Assembly: GCA_007694885.1 (NCBI GenBank)
Contig: REEW01000075.1
Location: 8,551-72,550 of the forward strand
Source of the DNA: Wenzhouxiangella sp.
GTDB taxonomy: Bacteria; Pseudomonadota; Gammaproteobacteria; Xanthomonadales; Wenzhouxiangellaceae
Length of the DNA: 64,000 bases
Reading direction: 5' to 3'
How positions within the stretch are numbered: the first letter of the stretch is position 1; each line of letters opens with the position of its first letter. The translations under genes and the position numbers were made by a program. Under the pieces are notes generated by a model. It saw only the letters and a list, made by a program, of their open reading frames with translations. It was not told the DNA's origin and did no database searches. Below are positions 52,685-61,942 of this stretch, in pieces.

Positions 52685-53254
52685 ATGGCGACCTACAGCA
52701 CCAACGAATTCAAATCCGGCCTGAAAATCATCCTCGACGGAGACCCGTACACCATCGTCGAAAACGAGTTCGTCAAGCCCGGCAAGGGCCAGGCATTCAG
52801 TCGTGTCCGGGTTCGCAACCTGAAAACCGGACGAACCATCGAGAAGACCTTCAAGTCGGGCGATACGGTCGAGGCGGCCGATGTGTTCGAAAAGGAAATC
52901 CAGTACCTCTACAGCGACGGAGAATTCTGGCATTTCATGGACCCGGAAAGCTTCGAACAGCTTGCCGCCGATGAGTCGGCCATCGGCGACGGCGCTCAGT
53001 GGATGAAAGAGGAGGACATGTGCCAGGTCACGCTCTGGAACGGTCAGCCGCTGATCGTCCTGCCGCCCAATTTCGTCGAACTCCAGATCGTCGAGACCGA
53101 TCCCGGCCTCAAGGGCGATACGTCCGGCAGCGGCGGCAAGCCGGCTCGCCTGGAAACCGGGGCAACCGTGCGCGTGCCGCTGTTCGTGCAGGAAGGTGAG
53201 GTCATCCGGGTCGACACCCGCAAGGGTGAATACGTCTCCCGGGTCAAGGAGTAA
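52685..53254 (+). CDS. efp: Elongation factor P
   Basis: [28 protein letters not shown]. Confidence 0.97.
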   Translation: MATYSTNEFKSGLKIILDGDPYTIVENEFVKPGKGQAFSRVRVRNLKTGRTIEKTFKSGDTVEAADVFEKEIQYLYSDGEFWHFMDPESFEQLAADESAIGDGAQWMKEEDMCQVTLWNGQPLIVLPPNFVELQIVETDPGLKGDTSGSGGKPARLETGATVRVPLFVQEGEVIRVDTRKGEYVSRVKE

Positions 53255-53259
53255 GCGCC

Positions 53260-54606
53260 GTGGATACCCGGGTGGTCGCGTTGTTGCCGGACTGGATTGT
53301 TCCCATCCATCCGCGCGGCGAGGTGCTGAAGCATCATGCGCTGGTGCTGCATGGCGAAACCATCAGCGCCGTGCTGCCGCAGGAAAAGCTCGCAGAGACC
53401 TTTCCCGAGGCCGAACGCAAGCCGCTGCCCGGGCGGGTTCTGCTGCCCGGCCTGATCAACGCGCACGCCCACAGCGCGATGGCGCTCCTGCGCGGTCTGG
53501 CCGACGACCTGCCCTTGATGCGCTGGCTGGAAGACCATATCTGGCCGGCCGAGCAGGCCTGCGTGGGGCCGGACTACGTTCGCGCCGGAACGGAACTGGC
53601 AATCGCCGAAATGCTGCTCGGCGGTACCACCTGCTTCAACGACAACTATTTCTTTCCCGATGTAGCGGCCGGTACCGCGATTCGCGCCGGCATGCGCGCC
53701 GTGGTCGGCCTGCCCATCATCGGCATGCCGACCGCCTGGGCGACCACCGAAGACGAATATTTCTCGCGTGGCCTGGGCGTTCACCAGGACCTGCTCAGCG
53801 AGCCGCTGGTGACCACCGCTTTTGCCCCGCACGCGCCCTACACGGTCGGCGATTCGGCCTTCAGGCGCATACGCGAACTGGCCGAAGAGCTCGACATCCC
53901 GGTCCATCTGCACCTGCTCGAAACCGCCGAAGAGATCGATACCAGCCATCAGCAGCACCGCTGTCATCCGATCGACCGGCTCGACCGGCTCGACTTGTTC
54001 AACGACCGCCTGCTGGCGGTTCACATGACCCAGCTCGAGCCACGCGACATGGATCGCGCCGCGCGCGCCGGCATTCACGTCTTGCACTGCCCGGCGTCCA
54101 ACCTGAAGCTGGCCAGCGGGATGTGCCCGGTGGCCGCGCTGGTCGAGCGCGGCGTCAACGTGTGCATCGGGACCGATGGCGCGGCCAGCAACAACACCCT
54201 CGACATGTTTGCCGAAATGCGCCTGGCGGCCCTGCTGGCCAAGGGCCTCAGCGGCAATCCGGAAGCGGTCCCGGCCGAGGATGCGCTGGCCATGGCGACC
54301 CTGAATGCGGCCCGGGCGCTGGGTCTGGACGAGCAGATTGGCTCGCTGGAGGCGGGAAAACAGGCCGATGTCATTGCCGTCGAGCTTGACAGGATCGAGA
54401 CCCTGCCCGTGCATCATGTGATCTCGCAGCTGGTGTATGCGACCGGGCGGCATCAGGTCACCGATGTCTGGGTCGCCGGCCAGCCCCTGGTCAGTGACGG
54501 TCAGCTCCAGACCCTGGATGCGGCTCGAATCCGGGCCGATGCCTCGGCCTGGCAGCGTCGCCTGGAAACCATTGATCGGCAGCACGCAAACAAATCGGTA
54601 CCCTGA
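53260..54606 (+). CDS. mtaD: TRZ/ATZ family amidohydrolase (MTA/SAH deaminase-like)
   Basis: PGLINAHAH, PHAPY, HLHLLET, GTDGAASNN; upstream of ubiG. Confidence 0.82.
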   Translation: MDTRVVALLPDWIVPIHPRGEVLKHHALVLHGETISAVLPQEKLAETFPEAERKPLPGRVLLPGLINAHAHSAMALLRGLADDLPLMRWLEDHIWPAEQACVGPDYVRAGTELAIAEMLLGGTTCFNDNYFFPDVAAGTAIRAGMRAVVGLPIIGMPTAWATTEDEYFSRGLGVHQDLLSEPLVTTAFAPHAPYTVGDSAFRRIRELAEELDIPVHLHLLETAEEIDTSHQQHRCHPIDRLDRLDLFNDRLLAVHMTQLEPRDMDRAARAGIHVLHCPASNLKLASGMCPVAALVERGVNVCIGTDGAASNNTLDMFAEMRLAALLAKGLSGNPEAVPAEDALAMATLNAARALGLDEQIGSLEAGKQADVIAVELDRIETLPVHHVISQLVYATGRHQVTDVWVAGQPLVSDGQLQTLDAARIRADASAWQRRLETIDRQHANKSVP

Positions 54607-55325
54607 TGACAGCAGCACACAAGACAGCGCCCAACCTCGATCCCGCCGAAGCGAAGAAGTTCGACGGCCTGGCGGCGAGCTGGTGGGATCCGGACGGCGA
54701 CTCGCGCCCCCTGCACGATATCAACGGCCCGCGGGTTTCCTGGATCGAAGCGCGTGCGCAGCTGGAAGGCAAGGCCGTTGTGGACGTTGGATGCGGCGGC
54801 GGGATTCTGTGCGAGTCCCTGGCCGAGCGCGGCGCCGAGGTGACCGGCATCGACATGGCCGACAAACCGCTGGCGATTGCCCGGCAGCATGCCGTCGAAC
54901 GGGGTCTGACGATCGACTACCGCAAGATCACCGCCGAAGAGCTGGCCGCGGAGGCGGGAGCGGGTTTCGACGTGGTCTGTTGTCTGGAAATGCTCGAACA
55001 CGTTCCCGCTCCGGAACAGACGGTCGTCGCCTGCGCCGAATTGTGCCGGCCCGGGGGTACCCTGTTTTTCAGCACCATCAACCGCTCGCCCCTGTCCTGG
55101 GCAACCGCGATCGTCGGCGCCGAATACGTGTTGGGCCTGCTGCCCAGGGGAACCCATCGCTACGATCGCCTGATCCGCCCGGAAGAGCTGACGTCAGCCT
55201 GCCGCAAGGCCGGGCTCGAAGTTCTGGAGGTGAGCGGGCTGGCCTACAATCCGTTCTCGCGCACGGTCCGCATCGGCGGCCGGCCGCGGATCAATTACCT
55301 GCTGCACGCATCCAAACCCTCCTGA
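54606..55325 (+). CDS. ubiG: Ubiquinone biosynthesis O-methyltransferase
   Basis: WWDPDG..PLHDIN, DVGCGGGIL, LEMLEHV, GAEYVL..GTH. Confidence 0.94.
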   Translation: MTAAHKTAPNLDPAEAKKFDGLAASWWDPDGDSRPLHDINGPRVSWIEARAQLEGKAVVDVGCGGGILCESLAERGAEVTGIDMADKPLAIARQHAVERGLTIDYRKITAEELAAEAGAGFDVVCCLEMLEHVPAPEQTVVACAELCRPGGTLFFSTINRSPLSWATAIVGAEYVLGLLPRGTHRYDRLIRPEELTSACRKAGLEVLEVSGLAYNPFSRTVRIGGRPRINYLLHASKPS

Positions 55326-55334
55326 GTCCGAATC

Positions 55335-56003
55335 ATGTCTCGCCGTATCCGCGCCGTCTTGTTCGATCTCGACGGGACGCTGGTCGACAGCGCTCCCGAC
55401 CTTCTGGCGACCCTGGCCTGGCTGAGACGTTCGCACGGCCTTCCGGAACTGCAGGATTATCAATCGTTCCGGCACCTGGCATCCCGCGGCGCCCTGGGAA
55501 TGATCGAGGGCGGATTCGCCGACCGGCCCGACCTCGATCGGACGCGTCTCCGGAGCCAGTTTCTCGACCGTTACGCGGCCAATCTGTGGGTGGAAAGCCG
55601 CGCTTTCGACGGCATCGAAGGCCTGCTGCAGCTGTTGAAAGCGCGTGATCTTCGGCTTGGCGTCGTGACCAACAAGCTGGCCTTCCTGGCCGAGCCCCTG
55701 ATTCGGGCGGCCGGCTGGCAGGATCGGCTCGAGTGCGTGATCGGGGGGGATACCGCGGCCTTTCCCAAGCCCCACCCGGCACCGGTGCTCGAGGCCTGTC
55801 GGCGCCTGTCGGTCCAGCCCGGGCAAGCGCTCATGGTCGGGGACGACGTGCGCGACATTCGCGCCGGTCTGAGCGCCGGCAGTCTGACGGCGGTCGCCGG
55901 GTGGGGCTACCTGGGGCCGGACGATCCACCGCAGGGCTGGGGCGCCCACCACGTCCTCGCCCGGCCCACTCATCTCATGGAGATCCTGGAATCCAGTGAC
56001 TGA
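55335..56003 (+). CDS. gph: HAD phosphatase (phosphoglycolate / MurNAc-6-P phosphatase)
   Basis: FDLDGTLVDSAPD, VTNK, KPHP, VGDD; follows ubiG. Confidence 0.8.
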   Translation: MSRRIRAVLFDLDGTLVDSAPDLLATLAWLRRSHGLPELQDYQSFRHLASRGALGMIEGGFADRPDLDRTRLRSQFLDRYAANLWVESRAFDGIEGLLQLLKARDLRLGVVTNKLAFLAEPLIRAAGWQDRLECVIGGDTAAFPKPHPAPVLEACRRLSVQPGQALMVGDDVRDIRAGLSAGSLTAVAGWGYLGPDDPPQGWGAHHVLARPTHLMEILESSD

Positions 56004-56880
56004 TCGCGATTACCTGCAACGAATGCTGTTCGAAGAAATCAATGCTCGCTGCGTGTACGTGCGCCTGGAAGGCGTGCTGGCCGAACTGGCCAAACGCGGT
56101 GACTATCCGCAACCAGCGCGCCAGCTGCTGGCCGAAGCGTTGCTGATCGCAGCCCTGATGTCGAGCGGCATCAAGTTTTCCGGCCGGCTGAGCCTGCAGG
56201 TTCGCTCCGAAGGTGCGCTCAAGTTGCTGATCGCCGACTGCACCGACGCAGGCGGTCTGCGCGGAACCGTGGCGCTGGACGAGGAATCGGTCGTGCCCGG
56301 CGATGCGGCCGGCCTGGTGCAGTCGGTTGGAGACGGCGGTGTGCTGACCCTGACGCTGGACCCGGCCGGCAAGGGCCAGCGCTGGCAGGGCATCGTCCCG
56401 CTCGAGGGAGCAACCCTTGCAGAGGCGATTGCCGCCTATTTCGAGCGCTCCGAGCAGTTGCCAACCCGGTTCCGCCTCGCGGTCGATGGCGATCGTGCCG
56501 CTGCCCTGATGGTTCAGCGCATGCCGGGCGCCTCGGAAGACGCGGACGGCTGGAACCGGCTCCAGCATCTGCTGGCCTCGGCGAGCCCTGAAGAATTGCT
56601 CGTCCTCGACGGGCCGGATCTCCTGCACCGTCTCTTTCACGCCGAGGTCCGGCGGGTTTTCCCGCCCCGGGAACTGACGTTTCACTGCCCCTGCAGTCGC
56701 GAGCGGGTGGTCGAGGTCTTGATCGGTCTGGGTCCGGCGGAACTGGCCGACATGATCGAAGAAGGCAAACCGGTCGATGTTCGCTGCCAGTTCTGCAACC
56801 AGAACTACCGTTTCGACTGCCTTGACCTGGCCGCGCTCGAGCACGGCGACAGCCCGCAGGCAGGGGGAACGGTGCACTGA
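55996..56880 (+). CDS. hslO: Hsp33 redox-regulated chaperone
   Basis: WQGIV, YFERSEQ, CPCS..CQFC zinc motif. Confidence 0.9.
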   Translation: MTDRDYLQRMLFEEINARCVYVRLEGVLAELAKRGDYPQPARQLLAEALLIAALMSSGIKFSGRLSLQVRSEGALKLLIADCTDAGGLRGTVALDEESVVPGDAAGLVQSVGDGGVLTLTLDPAGKGQRWQGIVPLEGATLAEAIAAYFERSEQLPTRFRLAVDGDRAAALMVQRMPGASEDADGWNRLQHLLASASPEELLVLDGPDLLHRLFHAEVRRVFPPRELTFHCPCSRERVVEVLIGLGPAELADMIEEGKPVDVRCQFCNQNYRFDCLDLAALEHGDSPQAGGTVH

Positions 56881-57713
56881 TGGGCGATTCGCTGGCCTGG
56901 TGTCGCGAGCGCATGCTGGTGCCAGGTCAGCCGCTCAGCGCCAGCCTGTTGTTCATTCCCGAACCGGATCGAGCGGCCATTCTTGCCCTGCGCACGGTTT
57001 GCGCCGAACTGACCGAGGCTGCCCGACGGGTCAGTGATCCACTCGTGGCATCGGCAAAGCTGAGCTGGTGGCGGCAGACCCTTTCCGGCCGGTATGCGCA
57101 TCCGGCCGTGGCCGCGCTGGAGAGCACCGGTGCCGCGCAGCGCCTGCCCGACGGCGTTTTTCAGCCCTTGCTCGACGGCCTGCAGGCAACCGTGGAACCG
57201 GCGAGATTCGAGCGCTTCGAGGAACTCTGGGACTATTGTGGCGCAGGCTACGGGAGAGCGGCCGAGGTCGAGTTTTCCCTCAACGAGCGGTCGGCCGAAG
57301 GCGCGGACGGTATGGCCATGGAACTGGGCTCGGCCGGCGGGCTCTTGCGCGTGGTCCGCGACCTGGTTCCCGAGGCCAGACAGAATCGCTGGCTGGTGCC
57401 GCTGGATCTTCAGGCCCAGTTCCAGGTCGCGCGTATGGATGCGTTGGGTGACCGGGTCGGGCCCGGCTGGGACGGGCTGGTGCGTACCCTGGTCGAGCGG
57501 GCCCTGCGCCGCGGTGACGAGGCCGCCTCCCGGCTCGGCCCCGGTCATCGACATCTTGTGATCCACTGGGCGGTCGATCGTCGCCTGGCGCGCGTCCTGC
57601 TGCAGCGCCCGCGAGACGCTCTCAAAACCAGGATTCTGCCGGGCCACGCGGGCAATGTCTGGGCGGCCTGGCGTGCGGCCCGGCGCCTGCAGCGCCGTGG
57701 CGGGGCGCACTAA
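56880..57713 (+). CDS. Squalene/phytoene synthase family protein (degenerate)
   Basis: KLSWWR, HPAVAAL, FEELWDYC; DDxxD motifs not evident. Confidence 0.65.
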   Translation: MGDSLAWCRERMLVPGQPLSASLLFIPEPDRAAILALRTVCAELTEAARRVSDPLVASAKLSWWRQTLSGRYAHPAVAALESTGAAQRLPDGVFQPLLDGLQATVEPARFERFEELWDYCGAGYGRAAEVEFSLNERSAEGADGMAMELGSAGGLLRVVRDLVPEARQNRWLVPLDLQAQFQVARMDALGDRVGPGWDGLVRTLVERALRRGDEAASRLGPGHRHLVIHWAVDRRLARVLLQRPRDALKTRILPGHAGNVWAAWRAARRLQRRGGAH

Positions 57714-58231
57714 AGCCGAATGCCGACCCCGATGCTGAAGCGGGTCTGCGACTGCCAGCGACTTGCATCCGCCGGCCAGAGATGAAGGCGCTCGCCGTCG
57801 AGCACCGGATGGCGCAGCTCGTGTTCGTCGACGGTCAGAACTTCCAGGCCTTCGACCGTGCCGAGTACGGTCACGAAGCGCCCCGGCACGTACTGGGCGG
57901 GCTCCAGAAAGTCGGGATAGCGCAGCAGGAAGCGCACCCCGGGGTCCTGGTTCAGGCGCGGCCGGTCGCCCCGGTCGAGCGGATAGCTGACCACCGTCAA
58001 CTCGGTTCGGTCGGCGAGGTTGCGGATCGACGCGATCCGTCCGCCCCAGATCACGCGATCACCCGGCTCGGCGTCGCCGCTGAGCACGTGCGCCGGGCCG
58101 AGGCCGACCACGTCATCGTTTTCCGGCGCGACCGGGCTGCTCGCGCAGGCCGTTGCCAGCACCAGGGTCAGCAAGATCGCGGCGGCGCGCTGGACGGCCC
58201 TGGCTGGAAGGCACAGCTCAATCGTCGGCAC
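57710..58231 (-). CDS. Slp family lipoprotein
   Basis: Lipobox LATAC, VIWGG, GRFVTVLG, LHLW, FSIGVGI. Confidence 0.82.
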   Translation of the reverse strand: MPTIELCLPARAVQRAAAILLTLVLATACASSPVAPENDDVVGLGPAHVLSGDAEPGDRVIWGGRIASIRNLADRTELTVVSYPLDRGDRPRLNQDPGVRFLLRYPDFLEPAQYVPGRFVTVLGTVEGLEVLTVDEHELRHPVLDGERLHLWPADASRWQSQTRFSIGVGIRL

Positions 58232-58505
58232 TGATCACTCCAGGGCCTTTCCCGGCCGTTTTTTCATAAACACCCTGACCGATCTTCCGATACTGGGTGA
58301 ATCCGGCCTTTTCAATCGACGAGGTCTTGAGCTTGTGCGCCTGGCCGCTGACCACGTTGGGCGGCGAGATGACCCGGCGCAGCGGCGCCCCGCACTCGGG
58401 GCAGGCCTGCAGGCCAGGGTCGCTGAGGCGCTGCAGCACGGTCAGGCCGGGTCGGCAGTGATCACAGCCGGCCGATGTGCTGCAGGCGTATTCGTAAAAG
58501 GGCAT
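58218..58505 (-). CDS. FmdB family zinc-ribbon protein
   Basis: MPFYEYAC..C..CPECG..RRVIS. Confidence 0.82.
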   Translation of the reverse strand: MPFYEYACSTSAGCDHCRPGLTVLQRLSDPGLQACPECGAPLRRVISPPNVVSGQAHKLKTSSIEKAGFTQYRKIGQGVYEKTAGKGPGVISADD

Positions 58506-58615
58506 GCATCGACGCGCTTTGTCCGGAGTTGCCCGAATGGTAGCCGATCGTTGGTGTTCAATCTGCGACAATCGGTATCTTGTCGAATCAAGTCAAGGAG
58601 CAGGGTGGCCTGATC

Positions 58616-59305
58616 ATGAGTACTTCCCGTCAGTCGGTCTGGCTGGTCACAGGCGCCGCCGGCACCCTCGGGCGCGAGCTGGTCCGGCGCATCATCGCCG
58701 GCGGCGACGACTGCATCGCCCTGGATCGCAGCGAGCGCGGATTGAACCAACTCCACGACGGCTTGCTGGCTGAAGGCTTGTCGGCGCCGGCGCTCTATCC
58801 GATGGACCTGGCCGGGGCAGGGCCCGACGATTACCGGCAACTGGCCGAGACGGTCCGGGCCGGTTTCGGGCGTCTGGACACGCTGGTCCATGCCGCGGCC
58901 GCCTTCAAGGCCCTCATGCCGCTGGAGCATCAGCCGGCCGACGAATGGTTTACCACCCTGCAGTGCGGACTGACCGGGCCGTTCCTGCTCAATTCAGCGC
59001 TCATGCCGCTGCTGCGCGCCTCGCCCCGGGCAAGCATTGCGCTGATCAACAATGGCGTGTGTATGGACCGGCCGGCGCGCTGGGGCGCCTACGGTATCTG
59101 CCAGGCCGGCCGCCGGCAGATGGCCCGCACCCTGGCCGCCGAGCTGGGGCCGAGGGGCCCCAGGGTACTCGAGATTTGCCCTGAACCGTTCTTCAGCCCC
59201 TTGCGCAGCGCGGCCTGGCCGGTGGAAACGGCCGACGATTTGCCCGCTGCGGCCGAGGTGGCTGCAGCCATTCTTGAGCAACTCAAAACCGGAGGTCACC
59301 AATGA
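58616..59305 (+). CDS. SDR family oxidoreductase (YciK-like)
   Basis: VTGAAGTLG, GRLDTLVHAA, WGAYGICQ. Confidence 0.75.
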   Translation: MSTSRQSVWLVTGAAGTLGRELVRRIIAGGDDCIALDRSERGLNQLHDGLLAEGLSAPALYPMDLAGAGPDDYRQLAETVRAGFGRLDTLVHAAAAFKALMPLEHQPADEWFTTLQCGLTGPFLLNSALMPLLRASPRASIALINNGVCMDRPARWGAYGICQAGRRQMARTLAAELGPRGPRVLEICPEPFFSPLRSAAWPVETADDLPAAAEVAAAILEQLKTGGHQ

Positions 59306-59646
59306 GCAACGACTTGTTCATGAAAATCATCGAACGCGAAATTCCGGCCGATATCGTCTATGAAAACGACCGCGTGCTGGCGTTTCGTGACATCGATCCG
59401 CAAGCCCCGACCCACGTTCTCATCATTCCGAAAAAGCGCATCCCCACGATCAACGATCTTGGTCCGGACGACGCCGGACTGATCGGCGAGATGGTCCTGG
59501 CCGCGCGCGATGTGGCCCGCCAGGAAGGCCTGAGCGAAGACGGCTACCGGCTGGTGTTCAACTGCAATCGCGACGGCGGGCAGTCGGTCTACCACATCCA
59601 CCTGCATCTGCTGGGCGGGCGGCGGCTGACCTGGCCGCCGGGCTAG
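59302..59646 (+). CDS. hinT: Histidine triad nucleotide-binding protein
   Basis: AFRDIDPQAPTH, HIHLHLLGG. Confidence 0.92.
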   Translation: MSNDLFMKIIEREIPADIVYENDRVLAFRDIDPQAPTHVLIIPKKRIPTINDLGPDDAGLIGEMVLAARDVARQEGLSEDGYRLVFNCNRDGGQSVYHIHLHLLGGRRLTWPPG

Positions 59647-59658
59647 TGGCCCACTAGC

Positions 59659-60987
59659 TCAGGTCACTTCCGGCAGTCGTGCGCTGAGCACGGCGCCGGC
59701 CAGTCCCATTCCGGCCAGAATCAGGATCACGCCCGAGATCGGCAGGACCGCGGTCAGTGCGCCTACGCTTCCGGCCAGCAGCAGAACAACCCCGATCACC
59801 GTATTGCTCACGGCAACGTAGTCGGTGCGCTTGTTGCCGCCGGCCAGGTCAACGATGTAGGTCTTGCGCCCCAGGCGCACGCCGGCATGGGCGATGGCCA
59901 GCAGGAAGAAAAACAGCGGATACAGCCACTGGCTGGCCGCCAGCGTTGCCGAGGTCTGGACCAGGGCGACCAGGGCGACGCCGGTCAGGGCGGAAGCGGC
60001 CCCGGCCACAACCATGACCCGGCGACTGGAGGCATCGGCGAACTTGCCCCAGAACGGTGCCGAAACCAGACTGGCCAGGCCGTCGGCGATCACGAACAGC
60101 CCCAGCACCAGCAGCGCACCTTCGGTCTGCTCGTGGGCGAGCATGATGAAAAACGGTGCGCTCAGCGCCGAACACAGCAGCAGGGAACGAGCGATAACGA
60201 ACTGCCGAAAAGGCCGATCCGTGCTCAGCAGCTGCAGACGTTTCAGCGCTTCTGACAGGGCATCGGCGCCGCCGGCGGTGGAGCCGGGGTATTCGCGGAT
60301 CAGCGCATAAGTCCCTGCGGCCAGGAACCAGAGCCCGCCGGCGCAGGCCAGCAGGATGAGGTAGGTTGCCATGTCGCCGGGCTCGCGCAGATCGAGCAGG
60401 AGCAGCACGCCCACGCCGATGGTCACCAGTCCGGCCAGAAACTCCGACCAGCCGCCGACCTGGCCGCGGCGCGTCTTCGGTACGGTCTTGCCCAGGACAT
60501 CCTTGGACGCGACCGAGCACAGGCCGCGGGCTAGACTGAATACCACCAGCGCGCCGATCAGGGCGAAGCCGGCTGCCGTGCCGGTCAGGGTGACCGCGAT
60601 CATGGCCATGCCGAGAACGGCCAGACCCTGGAGAACGCAGCCGAGCATGAAGGTCCACTTGCGAATGGCCTGGCGGCGCACATAACTGGCGATGACCAGC
60701 TGCGGAATCAGCGACCCGGACTCGCGAATCGGAACCAGGAAAGCGGTAAACACGCCGGGCGCACCCAGAGCACTCAGCATCCAGGCCAGTATGGTTTTGG
60801 GGTTGGCGATGGCATCGCCCAGTTTGGTCAGGAACTGGGTGCTGACCTGAAGAAAGAAATTGCCGGGCACGACCCGGCAGGCGTCGTCGGCAATGTCTTT
60901 GCACACACGCGCGTCTTCTTCGTTGACCAGCTTCTGGTAGGCGCGGGCGAGACGATCGCTGCCGAAGATTCGATCGCTGACGGTCAT
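59659..60987 (-). CDS. MFS transporter
   Basis: About 12 hydrophobic segments; LVPIRESGSL, WGKFAD. Confidence 0.8.
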   Translation of the reverse strand: MTVSDRIFGSDRLARAYQKLVNEEDARVCKDIADDACRVVPGNFFLQVSTQFLTKLGDAIANPKTILAWMLSALGAPGVFTAFLVPIRESGSLIPQLVIASYVRRQAIRKWTFMLGCVLQGLAVLGMAMIAVTLTGTAAGFALIGALVVFSLARGLCSVASKDVLGKTVPKTRRGQVGGWSEFLAGLVTIGVGVLLLLDLREPGDMATYLILLACAGGLWFLAAGTYALIREYPGSTAGGADALSEALKRLQLLSTDRPFRQFVIARSLLLCSALSAPFFIMLAHEQTEGALLVLGLFVIADGLASLVSAPFWGKFADASSRRVMVVAGAASALTGVALVALVQTSATLAASQWLYPLFFFLLAIAHAGVRLGRKTYIVDLAGGNKRTDYVAVSNTVIGVVLLLAGSVGALTAVLPISGVILILAGMGLAGAVLSARLPEVT

Positions 60988-61008
60988 TCAGCCCCCCTTG
61001 ATGGCCTG

Positions 61009-61914
61009 CTACTCTGGACGAGCCTGCGCATTGTCCGGCCGCTCCCAGGGCCGAATCAGCACGAGCACGCCGAGCCAGCTTGAATCAAAATATTCCAGCC
61101 GATCAAGCTGTACCGGACGGCTCTGGTGAAGTCGATGGATGGCCAGGCGACGGTTGTCCAGCGTCACCGTGCCGACGCCCTGGGATAGCGGTTCGCTCCA
61201 GAACAGGTCCAGATCGACGTGACGGAACTGGCGCTGGCGGACGCGGACGCTGCCGTCGAGGCGGAAATGGCTGCGTGGCAGCAGGGCAGGACCGGTTATG
61301 CGGTCGCGATACTCGGAGTCCAGACGCGGCAGGTCCAGCCAGGCCACGCGAACCGGGGTCGCGTCATGGATGCGCACGGCCGGGGAATTGATCCCGCGAG
61401 CCAGCGGCTGCAGCCAGGAGGTCACGCTCAGCACCGTGTAGTCGGCGCTGGATTCCAGGCGCGACAGGGCGCGGCGCATGGACGAGGTCAGCTCACCGTC
61501 GTGCAGGAACAGATTCGGCCAGGCCGGTTCGACATCGCCCAGCGCAACGGCAAGCCGGGGTGGCCGGGACTCGTCGGCGGCGCTTGCCTGCAGGGGCGGC
61601 TCCCCGACCCCAGGATTCATTCCCGCGCCGGGAAACGGTTCGTTTTGCGGTTCCTCGTGGTCGTTGGCAGGCCCTTCATCAGACTCGTCGGCAGCCGCCA
61701 CCGGTCGGGCCGTCCACGCGGCCAGGCGGGTTCGGTCATGGGGATCGACCAGCGCACTGAAATCGGGCGCTTCGACCACCGGCCAGCGATCGGACTGACC
61801 CGCGGCATGGGCGAATACGATGACTTCCACGCGAACCAGATCGTCCTCGCCCGAGGCCGGTCCCGGCCAGGCGAGCGCAAGCATCAGCAGTACCGTGAAG
61901 GAGAGGTTTTTCAC
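61009..61914 (-). CDS. csiV: CsiV family periplasmic peptidoglycan-binding protein
   Basis: Signal peptide, VEVIVF, SWLQP, LDGSVRV, YFDS..GVLVLI; downstream of mfd. Confidence 0.72.
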   Translation of the reverse strand: MKNLSFTVLLMLALAWPGPASGEDDLVRVEVIVFAHAAGQSDRWPVVEAPDFSALVDPHDRTRLAAWTARPVAAADESDEGPANDHEEPQNEPFPGAGMNPGVGEPPLQASAADESRPPRLAVALGDVEPAWPNLFLHDGELTSSMRRALSRLESSADYTVLSVTSWLQPLARGINSPAVRIHDATPVRVAWLDLPRLDSEYRDRITGPALLPRSHFRLDGSVRVRQRQFRHVDLDLFWSEPLSQGVGTVTLDNRRLAIHRLHQSRPVQLDRLEYFDSSWLGVLVLIRPWERPDNAQARPE

Positions 61915-61942
61915 CGCATCGAGTGTACCCGAAGCGCTCCGG

